Of a stretch of 41,837 bases of DNA, positions 17,770 through 26,963 are shown piece by piece. Origin of the DNA: a virus (taxonomy: Duplodnaviria > Caudoviricetes); the IMG/VR virus record IMGVR_UViG_3300017965_000005, positions 1-41,837 of that record; one strand, 5' to 3'. A program made the position numbers and the translations under genes. Under the pieces are notes generated by a model. That model saw only the letters and a list, made by a program, of their open reading frames with translations, made no database searches and was not told where the DNA came from. How positions within the stretch are numbered: position 1 is the first letter of the stretch; each line of letters opens with the position of its first letter.

Positions 17770-19069
17770 GGGAGCCGAAGCTCTGGCGGACGAGGGAGAG
17801 CTTCCGGTCGACCTGCTCCGGGTTAGGTCTCACCTGGGCCTTCCCGCCCTCGCCGCTTGAGGCGGCGGGGCGGACGTCCGGGCCGGCGGTCGGGGCCTCA
17901 CGAGGACGGTCAAGGTTGGCCTGCTTCCGCGCTCCGGGCGGCTTCCAGTTGGGCAGCGGGATCGGGGTCCGGTTGCCGTTCTCGTCCGGGAAGACGGGCC
18001 AGAGAACCCCCTTCTCGGTGTCCTCGTAGTACTTCTTGGTAGAGATCCCGTCCCCCTGTTCGATGATCCGCATCGGGGGCTTCTTCTCTTCCTGCTGGGG
18101 CTTGGTGGGGTAGGCCGAGGCAGGGATGCCGCTGGCTGGCGTCCACTGCCCCTCTGGGCCGCGCTCGAAGACGCCCGTAGGCGTCTCTATGGTCTGCGGG
18201 CGCTCCGGCCTCTCAGGGCCGCTGGGGGCGAAAAGATACCCGTTGCCGGCGCGCCACTTCAGATCCTCCCGGTTCCCTTGGCGCTCGATCTCCTGCTTCC
18301 GCTTCCAGTCCTCGAAGTCGGCAGCCCTCTGCGCCTCCTCTTCGGCCTCCTTCTGGGCCTGCGCCTCGCGGTCGGCGACGACCTTGCGCCAGTCCGGCTG
18401 AGCCAGGGGGTCGAAGCCGGCAGCTCTCGCCGCGGCGTAGTCGGGGAGCTTCTGGTAGAGGGAGGCGAGGTCATCCATCTGCCCCATGCGAGCGTAGGTG
18501 TCGGCGAGGTCCGCGAGGGCGGGCTCCGCCTCGGCGACCTTGTTCGCCATCCCGGCCAGAGAGTTGGCCGCCTGGCGCTCCTTAACGCCCTGGGCCTCGG
18601 CCTGGGCCTGCTGCTGGCGGGCGGTCGCCTCGGCGATCTGCGCCTGCCAGTCCGCCTCCCGGCGGGCGGTCTCCTGGGCGAGCATCTGCTCCCTGCCGCC
18701 CTGGACGTTCTGGGCCGCCTCCCCGAGGGAGACGGCGATCCCGGGACCGCGGCTGTTGGCGCCCTGGGAGAATGCCATCCCGACCTGAAGGATGATGTCC
18801 GCCCGGAGCTGCTGGCGCTGCTCCGGCGTCAAGTCCGCCATCTGGGCGGGCGTCGGCATGGCGATCGTCGGTGGCGCCTCTGGCTGCCCTTGGTAGAGGT
18901 CATCGGCCGAGAGTTGAGCTCGCTGCGGCTGGGGCGGCAGGGTGGCGCCCGAGAGGTCCGGCATCCAGTCTTCTGGCGGGTTGCCAAAGGCCGAGAAGCC
19001 GCCCTCCTCGCCGCCGTAGGTGTCGAGCCCGAAGTCGCCGCCGTAGAAGTTGAATCCCGGGAACGCCAC
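17660..19069 (-). CDS. Internal virion/ejection protein (469 aa)
   Basis: Gln/Ala-rich coiled coil; position between ejection genes. Confidence 0.7.
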   Translation of the reverse strand: MAFPGFNFYGGDFGLDTYGGEEGGFSAFGNPPEDWMPDLSGATLPPQPQRAQLSADDLYQGQPEAPPTIAMPTPAQMADLTPEQRQQLRADIILQVGMAFSQGANSRGPGIAVSLGEAAQNVQGGREQMLAQETARREADWQAQIAEATARQQQAQAEAQGVKERQAANSLAGMANKVAEAEPALADLADTYARMGQMDDLASLYQKLPDYAAARAAGFDPLAQPDWRKVVADREAQAQKEAEEEAQRAADFEDWKRKQEIERQGNREDLKWRAGNGYLFAPSGPERPERPQTIETPTGVFERGPEGQWTPASGIPASAYPTKPQQEEKKPPMRIIEQGDGISTKKYYEDTEKGVLWPVFPDENGNRTPIPLPNWKPPGARKQANLDRPREAPTAGPDVRPAASSGEGGKAQVRPNPEQVDRKLSLVRQSFGSLTPEQETFVRQELQKGMTAQSILARIRMAAQGGARA

Positions 19070-19072
19070 GGC

Positions 19073-20713
19073 TCATCCCTTTCCGTAGGTCTGCTGGTAG
19101 GCGTTGCCGAGACTCCAGCCGGCGGCGGCCCCGCCGACCGCCGCGGCTCCGGAGTTGATCGAGCCGAGGCCTGAGGGGGTCTGCCCGAAAGTCCGGCTCG
19201 TCCCGCCGCGGTCGGAGGCGTTGACGATGTCCATGTAGCGCGACAGGTCCATGAAGGGGACGTCGTGCTGGTAGCGCTGCTGGTCGAAGGCGAGGCGCTG
19301 GTTGGTCGCGTTGACCCCGGCCCTCGCGGCGTCGGCGTTCCTCTTCCCGATGTCGAAGCTGTTGCGGTTCTGGTCGGAACCGAGAGAGAGCTGGCCGGCC
19401 GCTGTCCAGTCGCGCATGCTGAGGCCGGTGATGTCAGGGGTGGCGCCCAGAGCGAAACGCTGGTCCTGGCCGTAGAGGTCGGCGAGGGAGCCCATGGCCG
19501 AGGACCTGAATTCATTCTGGCGCTGTCCCATGCCGACCGCGTTCTGAAGGGCGTCCAGGCGGGCGAGGTCCATCTGGCCCCTGAGGGCCGCGGCCGAGGC
19601 CCCGGCGGCGTTCGAGGAGTTGGCGGCCGACTGTGCCCGGTCCTCGGATGCGATCTTCTCGCGGCTGTTCCTGTCGAGGTAGGCGGTGTCGTAGCCGGTC
19701 CCCAGGTCGAGGCCGTGTTGGTAGAGACCGTAGTCCGCCATCGCGAGCGAGTCGCCGAGCTCGCGGGCCGAGGTGGTGTTCACGTCCCCCAGGGCCTGCG
19801 TCCAGTTGGACGAGCCCATGTTGCCGTTACCGACGTAGAGCCCCATCTTGTCGGCGATCCGCTTGTTCCACTCTTCCTCGTTCCTGCGGGCGATGGCGTC
19901 CTTGACGTTCTGGGGGGCGCCCTGACCGGCGAGGAGAGCCTTGATGTCGTCGACGACGCCGACCGGCCCCTCGGTGGGGCTGGGGGTGTAGGTCGGATTC
20001 GAGGCGTAGGCCGAGTTGACCGTGCCGTAGTGGACCTTGGGGCCGCCGCCTGTGGCGGCGCCACCGCGCGGCCGGGCGCCCTCGACGTCCGCGAAGAGCA
20101 TGTCCTTCAGGCGGCGGATGTCCGGATCATCCATCCCGCGGACCATGTCGGCCGTCTCGGTCCTGTAGCCGTTCCTGTCTTGGCCGGCCAGGGTGTCCGA
20201 GATGAAGTCCTCGGCCTCGCCGTAGAGGGGGTTGCCCTTCTGAGCCTGCTTGACGGCGGCATCGACGACGGTCCTGGTTTGGTCAGATTGCCCTGTCCAC
20301 TTCCCGTCCGGGGCCTGGCCTGGCTTCCCTGGCTTGAGCGGATCGGTGGGTTTCTTGCCCCCCTTCCCGCCCTTGCCGGTGGGCTTCGGGATGACGGTCT
20401 TGCCGTTCGTGTAGACGACGTTCGGGTCGGGATTGCCGCCCGGATTCGGACCGCCACTCCCGGCCGGCCCCTCGCCTGGCCGGTTGCCGGGACTGCCGTT
20501 GTTATAGGGTCCCTTCCAGGCCGGCGTTGGATCGTTCGGATTGAGGATGCCGTATGCCTGCTGCATCGCCCAATTCCGGTATCCGGCGGACTGGTCGGAG
20601 GGGGAGGTCGTGGTCGTCACGTCCGTCCAGCCACCCTTGGCGTTCTGCTTGTTGGCGTCGTCAGCGCCCTTCTTCGATATGTAGGCGCCTGCGATTGCCG
20701 CGAGCCAGGCCAT
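19073..20713 (-). CDS. DNA pilot/ejection protein (P22 gp7/gp20-like position)
   Basis: SD GGAGGT; TGATG coupling; N-terminal WLAAIAGAY, Gly/Ala/Asn/Gln-rich, C-terminal GAAAVGGAAAG. Confidence 0.75.
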   Translation of the reverse strand: MAWLAAIAGAYISKKGADDANKQNAKGGWTDVTTTTSPSDQSAGYRNWAMQQAYGILNPNDPTPAWKGPYNNGSPGNRPGEGPAGSGGPNPGGNPDPNVVYTNGKTVIPKPTGKGGKGGKKPTDPLKPGKPGQAPDGKWTGQSDQTRTVVDAAVKQAQKGNPLYGEAEDFISDTLAGQDRNGYRTETADMVRGMDDPDIRRLKDMLFADVEGARPRGGAATGGGPKVHYGTVNSAYASNPTYTPSPTEGPVGVVDDIKALLAGQGAPQNVKDAIARRNEEEWNKRIADKMGLYVGNGNMGSSNWTQALGDVNTTSARELGDSLAMADYGLYQHGLDLGTGYDTAYLDRNSREKIASEDRAQSAANSSNAAGASAAALRGQMDLARLDALQNAVGMGQRQNEFRSSAMGSLADLYGQDQRFALGATPDITGLSMRDWTAAGQLSLGSDQNRNSFDIGKRNADAARAGVNATNQRLAFDQQRYQHDVPFMDLSRYMDIVNASDRGGTSRTFGQTPSGLGSINSGAAAVGGAAAGWSLGNAYQQTYGKG

Positions 20714-21744
20714 CAGCACACCTCCCGGAACCAGCCGATCACATCAGGCCCGCTCGGCTGCCGGATGCAGCCGCGGGCCTCGAAGCCGTAGCGAGGCGCC
20801 CGCCGCTCCCAGAAGGGGAGCGTCGAGAGGAACATGAAGCCATTCAAGCCGTGCCGCCTCGCGACCGCGAGGGCGGCGTCGAAGTACTGACCCACGAGGC
20901 CACGGCCTCGATATTCAGGGGCCACCCATAAGAGGTGGCCCTGGAGGTAGTCATGAAAGACAGAGACGACATCGAACAGGGGTGGAGCGAAGCGACGGAG
21001 GGTCTCGCTGGAGACCTGCTCGACATTCTCGACGGGGTGACGGCCAACATCAGGCTGCGGCACCTGGCCCGCCTCTTCTACCGGGAGGGCTGGGAGGACA
21101 AGGCGCTCAAAGATTTCTCTCGGCTTCTCCGGCGCGCCATGAGGGACACCAAGAAAGAGATCCAGCAGCCCGCTCCCGAGGCCGCTCCGGAAGAGATCGA
21201 GCGCCCCCTCGACGGGGGCGCCGTCGATCAGGGCGTCGCTGGTCCTGCTCCACTCGGCGAGGCCCCTCTCGATGAGAGGCCAGAAGTCGAAGGGGTTGGC
21301 GGCGCAGGCAAGCTGAAGTCCCACTCTTGGAGCGGGGGACTTTACGACTTCACAGCCAACGAACATGGCCCCCTGCTGTATGGCCCCCTGGGTGAAAACC
21401 CTCCCTATCCGACTGTCGTCCTCTCCGGTTCTTACGGAGCGCTGGTCAACGCCGAGATCCTCCGCCTGGCGAACCGGGTGAGGGACCTGGAGTTTCAACT
21501 GGCCGGAGAGATCATGGCCCATCAGGGGTCGAAGATGGTCGCCGAGGAACGGATCGAGGAGCTGGAGACAAGGAATCACAGCGTCGAGGCCAGCGCCGAG
21601 GTGATCTGCTCCCTCAAGGATGATCTGGCTCTTCGCGTCGGCACGCTGGAGGCGGTGCTTCGCACAGTCGCCAGCGATCTGGACCCCTATGCCGGCTTCG
21701 TCGCCGGGCCGATCGTTCGAGGGGTGCTGCACCGAATCGATCAA
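20713..21744 (-). CDS. GNAT-fold virion-assembly protein with N-terminal extension (bridge ORF 3)
   Basis: SD GAGGAG, TTG 9 nt after upstream stop; acetyl-CoA motif A LWVAPEYRGRGL and motif B FW..RYGF; GNAT-like genes commonly lie between podophage tail and ejection genes. Confidence 0.7.
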   Translation of the reverse strand: MIDSVQHPSNDRPGDEAGIGVQIAGDCAKHRLQRADAKSQIILEGADHLGAGLDAVIPCLQLLDPFLGDHLRPLMGHDLSGQLKLQVPHPVRQAEDLGVDQRSVRTGEDDSRIGRVFTQGAIQQGAMFVGCEVVKSPAPRVGLQLACAANPFDFWPLIERGLAEWSRTSDALIDGAPVEGALDLFRSGLGSGLLDLFLGVPHGAPEKPREIFERLVLPALPVEEAGQVPQPDVGRHPVENVEQVSSETLRRFAPPLFDVVSVFHDYLQGHLLWVAPEYRGRGLVGQYFDAALAVARRHGLNGFMFLSTLPFWERRAPRYGFEARGCIRQPSGPDVIGWFREVC

Positions 21745-21882
21745 GCTCTCTCCTCAACTCGGCTCGTAGAGAATCCAGGCGACGTTGCCGGCATCGGCCG
21801 CGACGGCGCTCGTGATGGTGAAGGAGGTACCGACAACCCGGGCCGTGTTGGCGAGGGCGCCGACAACCCCCACGGCGTTTGA
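20953..21882 (+). CDS. Hypothetical protein (309 aa), wholly overlapped by late genes
   Basis: SD GGAGGT; helical N-domain and coiled coil ILRLANRVRDLE..RIEELE..LEAVLR. Confidence 0.65.
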   Translation: MKDRDDIEQGWSEATEGLAGDLLDILDGVTANIRLRHLARLFYREGWEDKALKDFSRLLRRAMRDTKKEIQQPAPEAAPEEIERPLDGGAVDQGVAGPAPLGEAPLDERPEVEGVGGAGKLKSHSWSGGLYDFTANEHGPLLYGPLGENPPYPTVVLSGSYGALVNAEILRLANRVRDLEFQLAGEIMAHQGSKMVAEERIEELETRNHSVEASAEVICSLKDDLALRVGTLEAVLRTVASDLDPYAGFVAGPIVRGVLHRIDQALSSTRLVENPGDVAGIGRDGARDGEGGTDNPGRVGEGADNPHGV

Positions 21883-22536
21883 AAATGCATACACCCTGGT
21901 GTTGGCCGTCACGCTCGTGTTGGCCACCACCAGGAGGCCTGCCGCCATCACCCCCACGCCCATGCGGGCGTTCGCCCCCTCTTTGATCCGGAGGCCCGCC
22001 CCGGTCCGGGCAAGGATGTGGTTCCCGGAGGTGTCGTAGCGGGCCGCCTCGACGTTGTTCGTGCCGAGGACGAGGGGGGTGCTGTTCAAGGTCCCCACCG
22101 CGAGGCCGCTTCCGAGGGCCGTGCCACAGAAGCTCCAGGAGGCCGGGGTGAAGCCGAAGATCGTGGCGGCCGAGTAGGCCGAGCCGAAGACGATCAGCTC
22201 GGCGCGGCCTACGTTCGCCGCCACGCGGAGACGGGCGTCGGCGCTGGTACCGGTCGAGACGTTCTGGACCACGGCGATCGTCGCGGCGTTCTGGTCGACG
22301 TGGACGTCGAGGGGCTGCGTCGGGGAGGCTCCGACCCCGAGCCGCTGGTCGTTCAAGGTCGTCGAGACGATGGCCTGGCCGCCGGAGCGGCCGGCCTGAA
22401 GGACGGCGCCCCCGGTCGCCCCGGTCTCCAGGTTCTGGATGTCCCTTTCCGCCTGCCGGAAATTGTGATCCCACCAGGACTGTACCTGGGAAAGATCGAA
22501 GAGCTTCCCGAGAAGGCGGAAGCGGCCGGCACTCAC
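21754..22536 (-). CDS. Tail fibre/spike-like protein (260 aa)
   Basis: SD GGAGGT, GTGA coupling; RLGVGASPTQPLDV and PLVLGTNNVEAARY fibre-type repeats. Confidence 0.75.
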   Translation of the reverse strand: MSAGRFRLLGKLFDLSQVQSWWDHNFRQAERDIQNLETGATGGAVLQAGRSGGQAIVSTTLNDQRLGVGASPTQPLDVHVDQNAATIAVVQNVSTGTSADARLRVAANVGRAELIVFGSAYSAATIFGFTPASWSFCGTALGSGLAVGTLNSTPLVLGTNNVEAARYDTSGNHILARTGAGLRIKEGANARMGVGVMAAGLLVVANTSVTANTRVYAFSNAVGVVGALANTARVVGTSFTITSAVAADAGNVAWILYEPS

Positions 22537-24185
22537 GGTACAACCTCCCATGCGATCCAGAGTCCCGGCATTGCCCGCAGCTCGGTTCCGGCGGTGTTCG
22601 GAAGCTGGAGCTCGAAGTACTGCCAGGCTCCCTGACTCTCGACGAAGGGGAAGAGAGAGGTGTCCTCATCGGCATTACTGACGAACGTCGCCGTCTCCTG
22701 GCGCGGGTTGACGATCGTCGCTCCGCTCATGACGGTCTTGAAGTTCGGATCATTTGAGGTCGTGACAGTGACGCTCAGAGCCGCCGGCAGAGGCTCATAG
22801 GAACCAGGGGCCGGAACGCCCGTGAAGCCGACCTCGGTCGAAACGAGAGGGATCGCTCCGGTGATCCTCACGGGGGCAGCGACGGGGGCCTCCTGCTGCG
22901 TGAGAGCGAGGGCCTGCTGCCGAGTGACGAGCCGGGCGGTGAAGACGACCGACCGGGAGAAGGTGAAGCGGTAGGAGCTGGTCCCGGCCTGGGTCGTCGC
23001 GACGATCCCGGCAAGGGTCTCGGTCGTCGACGGAGTCGGCAAGCTTCCCAGGGTGCAGACCGAGGTCGTCGTGCCGGCCTCGCCGACGCCATTCCAGGTC
23101 GTGAACTCGCCGGTCACGGTCGAGTAGAAGATGCCCCTGGTCTTCGTCGCGACGCCGTCCGAGAGGCCACGATAGGCCCAGAAAACAACTCCGGTCTGGG
23201 GGTGGTAGGTGCCCTGCACCCAGAGATCCTCCTCGGTCATCGTCGAGGGGACCGAGCGGTTGACGGCGCCGGGCGAGAAGTCGACATCTGCCAGCCAGGC
23301 CGAGATGGCATAGGGGCTGATCCGCTCCGGCGGGTTCATTCCTACCTGCTTGTAGAAGTAGTAGTCCTGGCCGAGGAAGTAGATCGCTCCCTGGTCCCCG
23401 CGGACGACCGAGGAGGGCCAGTTGGTGCCGACGTTGTCGGCCAGGACATCCTCCCTCCAGGTGCCGCCGTTCGTACCGGTGACGTCACCGGTGAACTGGA
23501 GGGCATGCATCGAACCACGCTTCAAGACCCTGGCGAACTCGCCACCCACTGCCCGCATGATCTGGCCCGGGCGGCTCCGGATGAAGCCGGTGCCGCCGCC
23601 GCCCGACGCGGCGGCGTCCCAGACCGCCGGGTTTCCCGGTACGCTCCAGGCGTAGGCATCGGGGCCAAAGGTGGCGTTTGCGAGGTCGAAGGCCATCATG
23701 TAGTTCTTGACGACGCAGATGTCCCGCGCGATCGGCTTGAAAGTCGAGGTCGTCGTACCGTCGACGAAGCTCCCGGTGTTGCCGGCGCGGACCTGGAGGT
23801 TGTCGATCCGGTTCGTGTACCAGACGTCGTTTCCGAACGACGCCCACCGGCCGGCGGGCGGCTCGCCAGCCGCGGCGAGCCCGCTGCGGATCGAGGTCCA
23901 GGTGTTCGCTGTCCGGTTGTAGACATAGATGTTCGTCTTCGAGCTGTGCAGCTCGGTTGACTCATCGCCAACATAGGAAGCTGCCGAAGGGTTCGCGGGC
24001 CAGATGTGGGCGTAGACCGAATTGAGGGCCGAGTCGGCGACCGTGTTCGCGCCGGACTTGAGCCCCCCTTCCAGGGGGCGCTTGACGCCATAGGCCGGAA
24101 CGACGTTCTCGGCCAGCGCCAGTCCGTCTCCGTGCTCGCCGGCCCCCCACTGAAGGGTACCAAAGTCGATGAAGGTCAGAGGCAT
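22533..24185 (-). CDS. Tail nozzle/head-stabilisation protein (P22 gp10/T7 gp12-like)
   Basis: 550 aa, beta-propeller-like Trp/Gly strands; GLALAENVVP N-terminus; synteny after adaptor. Confidence 0.75.
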   Translation of the reverse strand: MPLTFIDFGTLQWGAGEHGDGLALAENVVPAYGVKRPLEGGLKSGANTVADSALNSVYAHIWPANPSAASYVGDESTELHSSKTNIYVYNRTANTWTSIRSGLAAAGEPPAGRWASFGNDVWYTNRIDNLQVRAGNTGSFVDGTTTSTFKPIARDICVVKNYMMAFDLANATFGPDAYAWSVPGNPAVWDAAASGGGGTGFIRSRPGQIMRAVGGEFARVLKRGSMHALQFTGDVTGTNGGTWREDVLADNVGTNWPSSVVRGDQGAIYFLGQDYYFYKQVGMNPPERISPYAISAWLADVDFSPGAVNRSVPSTMTEEDLWVQGTYHPQTGVVFWAYRGLSDGVATKTRGIFYSTVTGEFTTWNGVGEAGTTTSVCTLGSLPTPSTTETLAGIVATTQAGTSSYRFTFSRSVVFTARLVTRQQALALTQQEAPVAAPVRITGAIPLVSTEVGFTGVPAPGSYEPLPAALSVTVTTSNDPNFKTVMSGATIVNPRQETATFVSNADEDTSLFPFVESQGAWQYFELQLPNTAGTELRAMPGLWIAWEVVP

Positions 24186-24207
24186 GGATTCTCCAGGATC
24201 AAAAGCA

Positions 24208-24717
24208 TCAAACCGTTACCCATGTACCGGTCTGAGTTGAAGCTGCCCACATATTTGTGTTGACGTATTCCAGGACGATATAGCTGCCCTTGGTTGATGA
24301 CTTGACTATGCCACCAGCCAACGAAGCGACGCTGCCGGCGTAGATGACGTGCGATCCCTGGGCCTGAACAGTCAGCTCGTCGGTCCCCAGAATGACGAAG
24401 GCGTACCAAGCCCCGGGAGCCGGAGCAGCCGGCAGGGTGACTTCATCACTGCCGCCGCCCACAATGATCGAGACAGTCCTGCCAATATCCGCGGCGGCGA
24501 GGGTGATGCCACCGGCGCCCGCCCGACGCGCCCTGAGAGCACCAGAGAGGGCGTTCGCATCGTCGATCAAGACGCCTGTCGCTTGCACTGTCGCGCCGCC
24601 AGTCCCATCTGCGCGGAGAATGGCATTGTCGGTCGAGCCCGTCGAGCCGCCGATGCCGCTCCCGCTGCCCCCACCGGCGAGGCCAGGTGGCGTCTCGCCG
24701 CCCCAGAAGAACCTCAC
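24208..24717 (-). CDS. Minor structural/fibre-like protein (169 aa)
   Basis: GTGA coupling; GSTDNAILRADGTGG and VTLPAAP..G..Y fibre motifs. Confidence 0.7.
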   Translation of the reverse strand: MRFFWGGETPPGLAGGGSGSGIGGSTGSTDNAILRADGTGGATVQATGVLIDDANALSGALRARRAGAGGITLAAADIGRTVSIIVGGGSDEVTLPAAPAPGAWYAFVILGTDELTVQAQGSHVIYAGSVASLAGGIVKSSTKGSYIVLEYVNTNMWAASTQTGTWVTV

Positions 24718-25061
24718 GAGATCGCCGCCTTTCGGCAGGAGACAATCACCCAGCAGGCGGTCGCGTTGAAGAACGAGAGCACCTGCCCCGGGGCAACCGA
24801 GAAGCTCTCACCCTGCATGACAGGCTCGGCCGCCGTGCCGTTCGTGACCGCCGCGCTGGGAGCGGCGGCGGTCGTTCCGGAGGCGTTCACGTAGAGGAGG
24901 CCGGCGGAGTACTTGACCCGAATGTGGTTGACTCCGGTCGGTACCGTGAAGGCACCGGCCGTCCCAGGGGCCGTGTTCAGGTCGACGACCTGGTTGTACT
25001 TCGAAACCGGAGGAGTGTCGGCCTGCGTCCTCCGGTTGATCGCAACGATCTCAGCAGCCAT
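24714..25061 (-). CDS. Small structural protein (115 aa)
   Basis: SD AGGAGG; beta-rich. Confidence 0.75.
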   Translation of the reverse strand: MAAEIVAINRRTQADTPPVSKYNQVVDLNTAPGTAGAFTVPTGVNHIRVKYSAGLLYVNASGTTAAAPSAAVTNGTAAEPVMQGESFSVAPGQVLSFFNATACWVIVSCRKAAIS

Positions 25062-25070
25062 TCTACCCTC

Positions 25071-25799
25071 CTACTCGTGCGTCCAGTACCGGTTGCCCCA
25101 GAGGCGCCGGTCGTCGGTTTCGTTGCCTTCCACGCCCGTCCAGGCCGCGCGGGCCTGGCCGGAGGGCTTGACGTGCTGCCGGCGCTCCTCGAAGAGAGAG
25201 AAGAGAGCCTCGTCTCCCGAGACCTTGGCAAAGCCGGCGCGGCCCTGGTCCTGGAAGAGCGGGGTCTTGTAGAAGATCTCCAGGGTCTTGTGCTTCAGGG
25301 CTTCGAGGCCGGCGTCGAACCAGTCGTTGGTCTGGGTCGTCGAGGCTGTCGTGATGAGGACCCCGTCCGCCGTGTTCCGGCGGGCGTCCTTCGTGTAGTC
25401 GAGGTAGAGGACGAGGGCGCTGTTCGGCGGCGGCCCGAGGTAGAGCTTGCGGTCGTGCCAGGAGCGGCCCCGCGGGTACATCGTCGAGACCTCGTCCATC
25501 CAGAAGCGGAGCTCGTCCATGCTGACCTTGTTGATCTCGATCGGCTGCGACCCCACCTTGTAGTAGAGCCGCCGGACCTCCAGAAGGTCCTTGGGAAATC
25601 CGGTAGTCGTGCTGTCGTAGGTCGCCTGGCTGGCGACTGTCGTGAAGCTCGCCTCGTCCTCGGTGAATGTGGTCTTCTCCTTCGAGAGGAAGGTGAGGGC
25701 CTCGACGATCGACTGCTTGAGGATCGTCGAGGTCTTCGAGGTCTTCACGCTAATCTGCGCATAGAGCAGATCATGCAAAGATGTAAACGTCTCAGCCAT
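25071..25799 (-). CDS. Head-to-tail adaptor (T7 gp11/P22 gp4-like)
   Basis: Size, synteny, FPKDLLEVRRL..YPR..LYLGPPP..LYLDY pattern. Confidence 0.75.
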   Translation of the reverse strand: MAETFTSLHDLLYAQISVKTSKTSTILKQSIVEALTFLSKEKTTFTEDEASFTTVASQATYDSTTTGFPKDLLEVRRLYYKVGSQPIEINKVSMDELRFWMDEVSTMYPRGRSWHDRKLYLGPPPNSALVLYLDYTKDARRNTADGVLITTASTTQTNDWFDAGLEALKHKTLEIFYKTPLFQDQGRAGFAKVSGDEALFSLFEERRQHVKPSGQARAAWTGVEGNETDDRRLWGNRYWTHE

Positions 25800-26451
25800 A
25801 ATTCACCATCCAGAAGGAGGATGAATGTTCAAAGCACTGGATCTGTTCTGTTGTGCTGGCGGAGCCTCGGAGGGCCTCCGCCGCGCAGGCTTCGAAGTGA
25901 CCGGCGTCGACATCCGGCCGCAGCCCCACTACTGCGGGGACACCTTCGTGCAAGCCGACGCCCTGGAGTTTCCACTGGAAGGGTACGATCTCATCTGGGC
26001 GAGCCCTCCGTGCCAGGCATTCACGGCCTACAAACGACGACCATCCCATGTCGCGCCGTGCCAGAACCTGATCCCGGCGGTGCGGGAGCGCCTCGCTGGT
26101 TTGCCCGCGTTGACGATCATCGAGAACGTCCCTGGAGCACCGCTGCGCCGCAACTTGATGCTCTGCGGATCGATGTTCGATCTGAGCGTTCGCCGCCACC
26201 GCCTCTTCGAGCTCAGCTTCGAAGCCATCCAACCGACGTGTCGGCACCAGGATCAGGCGCCGCGATTCCCGCCGGCCTCGAACCGTCACAGCCTCCGGCG
26301 TACGGTCGAGGTAGGTGTCTGGAGGATTCCCCTGGAGGTACAGCGGGCCGCCATGGGGATCGACTGGATGACCCGCGAAGAGCTCTCGCAGGCCATCCCG
26401 CCCGCCTACAGCGAGCACATCGGTCGATGCGCCATGGCGGCTCTTGATCAC
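25792..26451 (-). CDS. Bridge ORF 4 (219 aa), antisense to the methyltransferase
   Basis: SD GGAGGT 8 nt before GTG overlapping upstream stop (GTGA); stop overlaps adaptor ATG (ATGGCTGA). Confidence 0.5.
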   Translation of the reverse strand: MIKSRHGASTDVLAVGGRDGLRELFAGHPVDPHGGPLYLQGNPPDTYLDRTPEAVTVRGRRESRRLILVPTRRLDGFEAELEEAVAANAQIEHRSAEHQVAAQRCSRDVLDDRQRGQTSEALPHRRDQVLARRDMGWSSFVGRECLARRARPDEIVPFQWKLQGVGLHEGVPAVVGLRPDVDAGHFEACAAEALRGSASTTEQIQCFEHSSSFWMVNYG

Positions 26452-26469
26452 CGGCCAGGACCTCCGTAG
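25825..26469 (+). CDS. Short DNA (cytosine-5) methyltransferase
   Basis: Motif I DLFCCAGG, IV WASPPCQ, VI IIENV, X-like QAIPPAYSEHIG; SD AAGGAGG. Confidence 0.88.
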   Translation: MFKALDLFCCAGGASEGLRRAGFEVTGVDIRPQPHYCGDTFVQADALEFPLEGYDLIWASPPCQAFTAYKRRPSHVAPCQNLIPAVRERLAGLPALTIIENVPGAPLRRNLMLCGSMFDLSVRRHRLFELSFEAIQPTCRHQDQAPRFPPASNRHSLRRTVEVGVWRIPLEVQRAAMGIDWMTREELSQAIPPAYSEHIGRCAMAALDHRPGPP

Positions 26470-26960
26470 GCGACCCACTCGTCGACCCCGGCGGCCGGCG
26501 TGGTCGCCGCCGCCAGGACCTTGTAGCCGAGGACGGCCCAGCCGCCCGGGTTGGGGACCTGGAGGCCGGCTCCGCCGGTCCCCAGGATGATCGACTCGAC
26601 CGCGGTGACCGCGGCGGAGAAAGGGGCGTTAGCGGAGGCGTCGTAGACGGTGACCTCGCCCGCCACGGCGCCCAAGGCGTCGTAGTACCACATGGTGAGG
26701 TCCATGTTCAGGGTGGGGCCACCGGTGTCGTGGTCGGCCGTGCGGAGGCGCTCGATGCGGTTGAGCCAGCCGCCGCCCGGGAGAGCCATGAGGGCGACCC
26801 GGTCGCCGATGTCGTCGACCGAGGTCGCGGCGATGGTCAAGCTGACCTGCTCCGACCAGAATGCGTCGCGCTTGTAGGGGCGCGACGCGATCGGGCTGAA
26901 GCCCTGGGTGTTCGAGGTGTCGGCCTGGAAAAGGCTGGAGTATGCGGTTGCGGCAGCCAT
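26448..26960 (-). CDS. Capsid decoration/cement-like protein (170 aa)
   Basis: 3 nt after capsid stop; SD GGAGG; beta-sandwich-like. Confidence 0.7.
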   Translation of the reverse strand: MAAATAYSSLFQADTSNTQGFSPIASRPYKRDAFWSEQVSLTIAATSVDDIGDRVALMALPGGGWLNRIERLRTADHDTGGPTLNMDLTMWYYDALGAVAGEVTVYDASANAPFSAAVTAVESIILGTGGAGLQVPNPGGWAVLGYKVLAAATTPAAGVDEWVAYGGPGR

Positions 26961-26963
26961 GGC

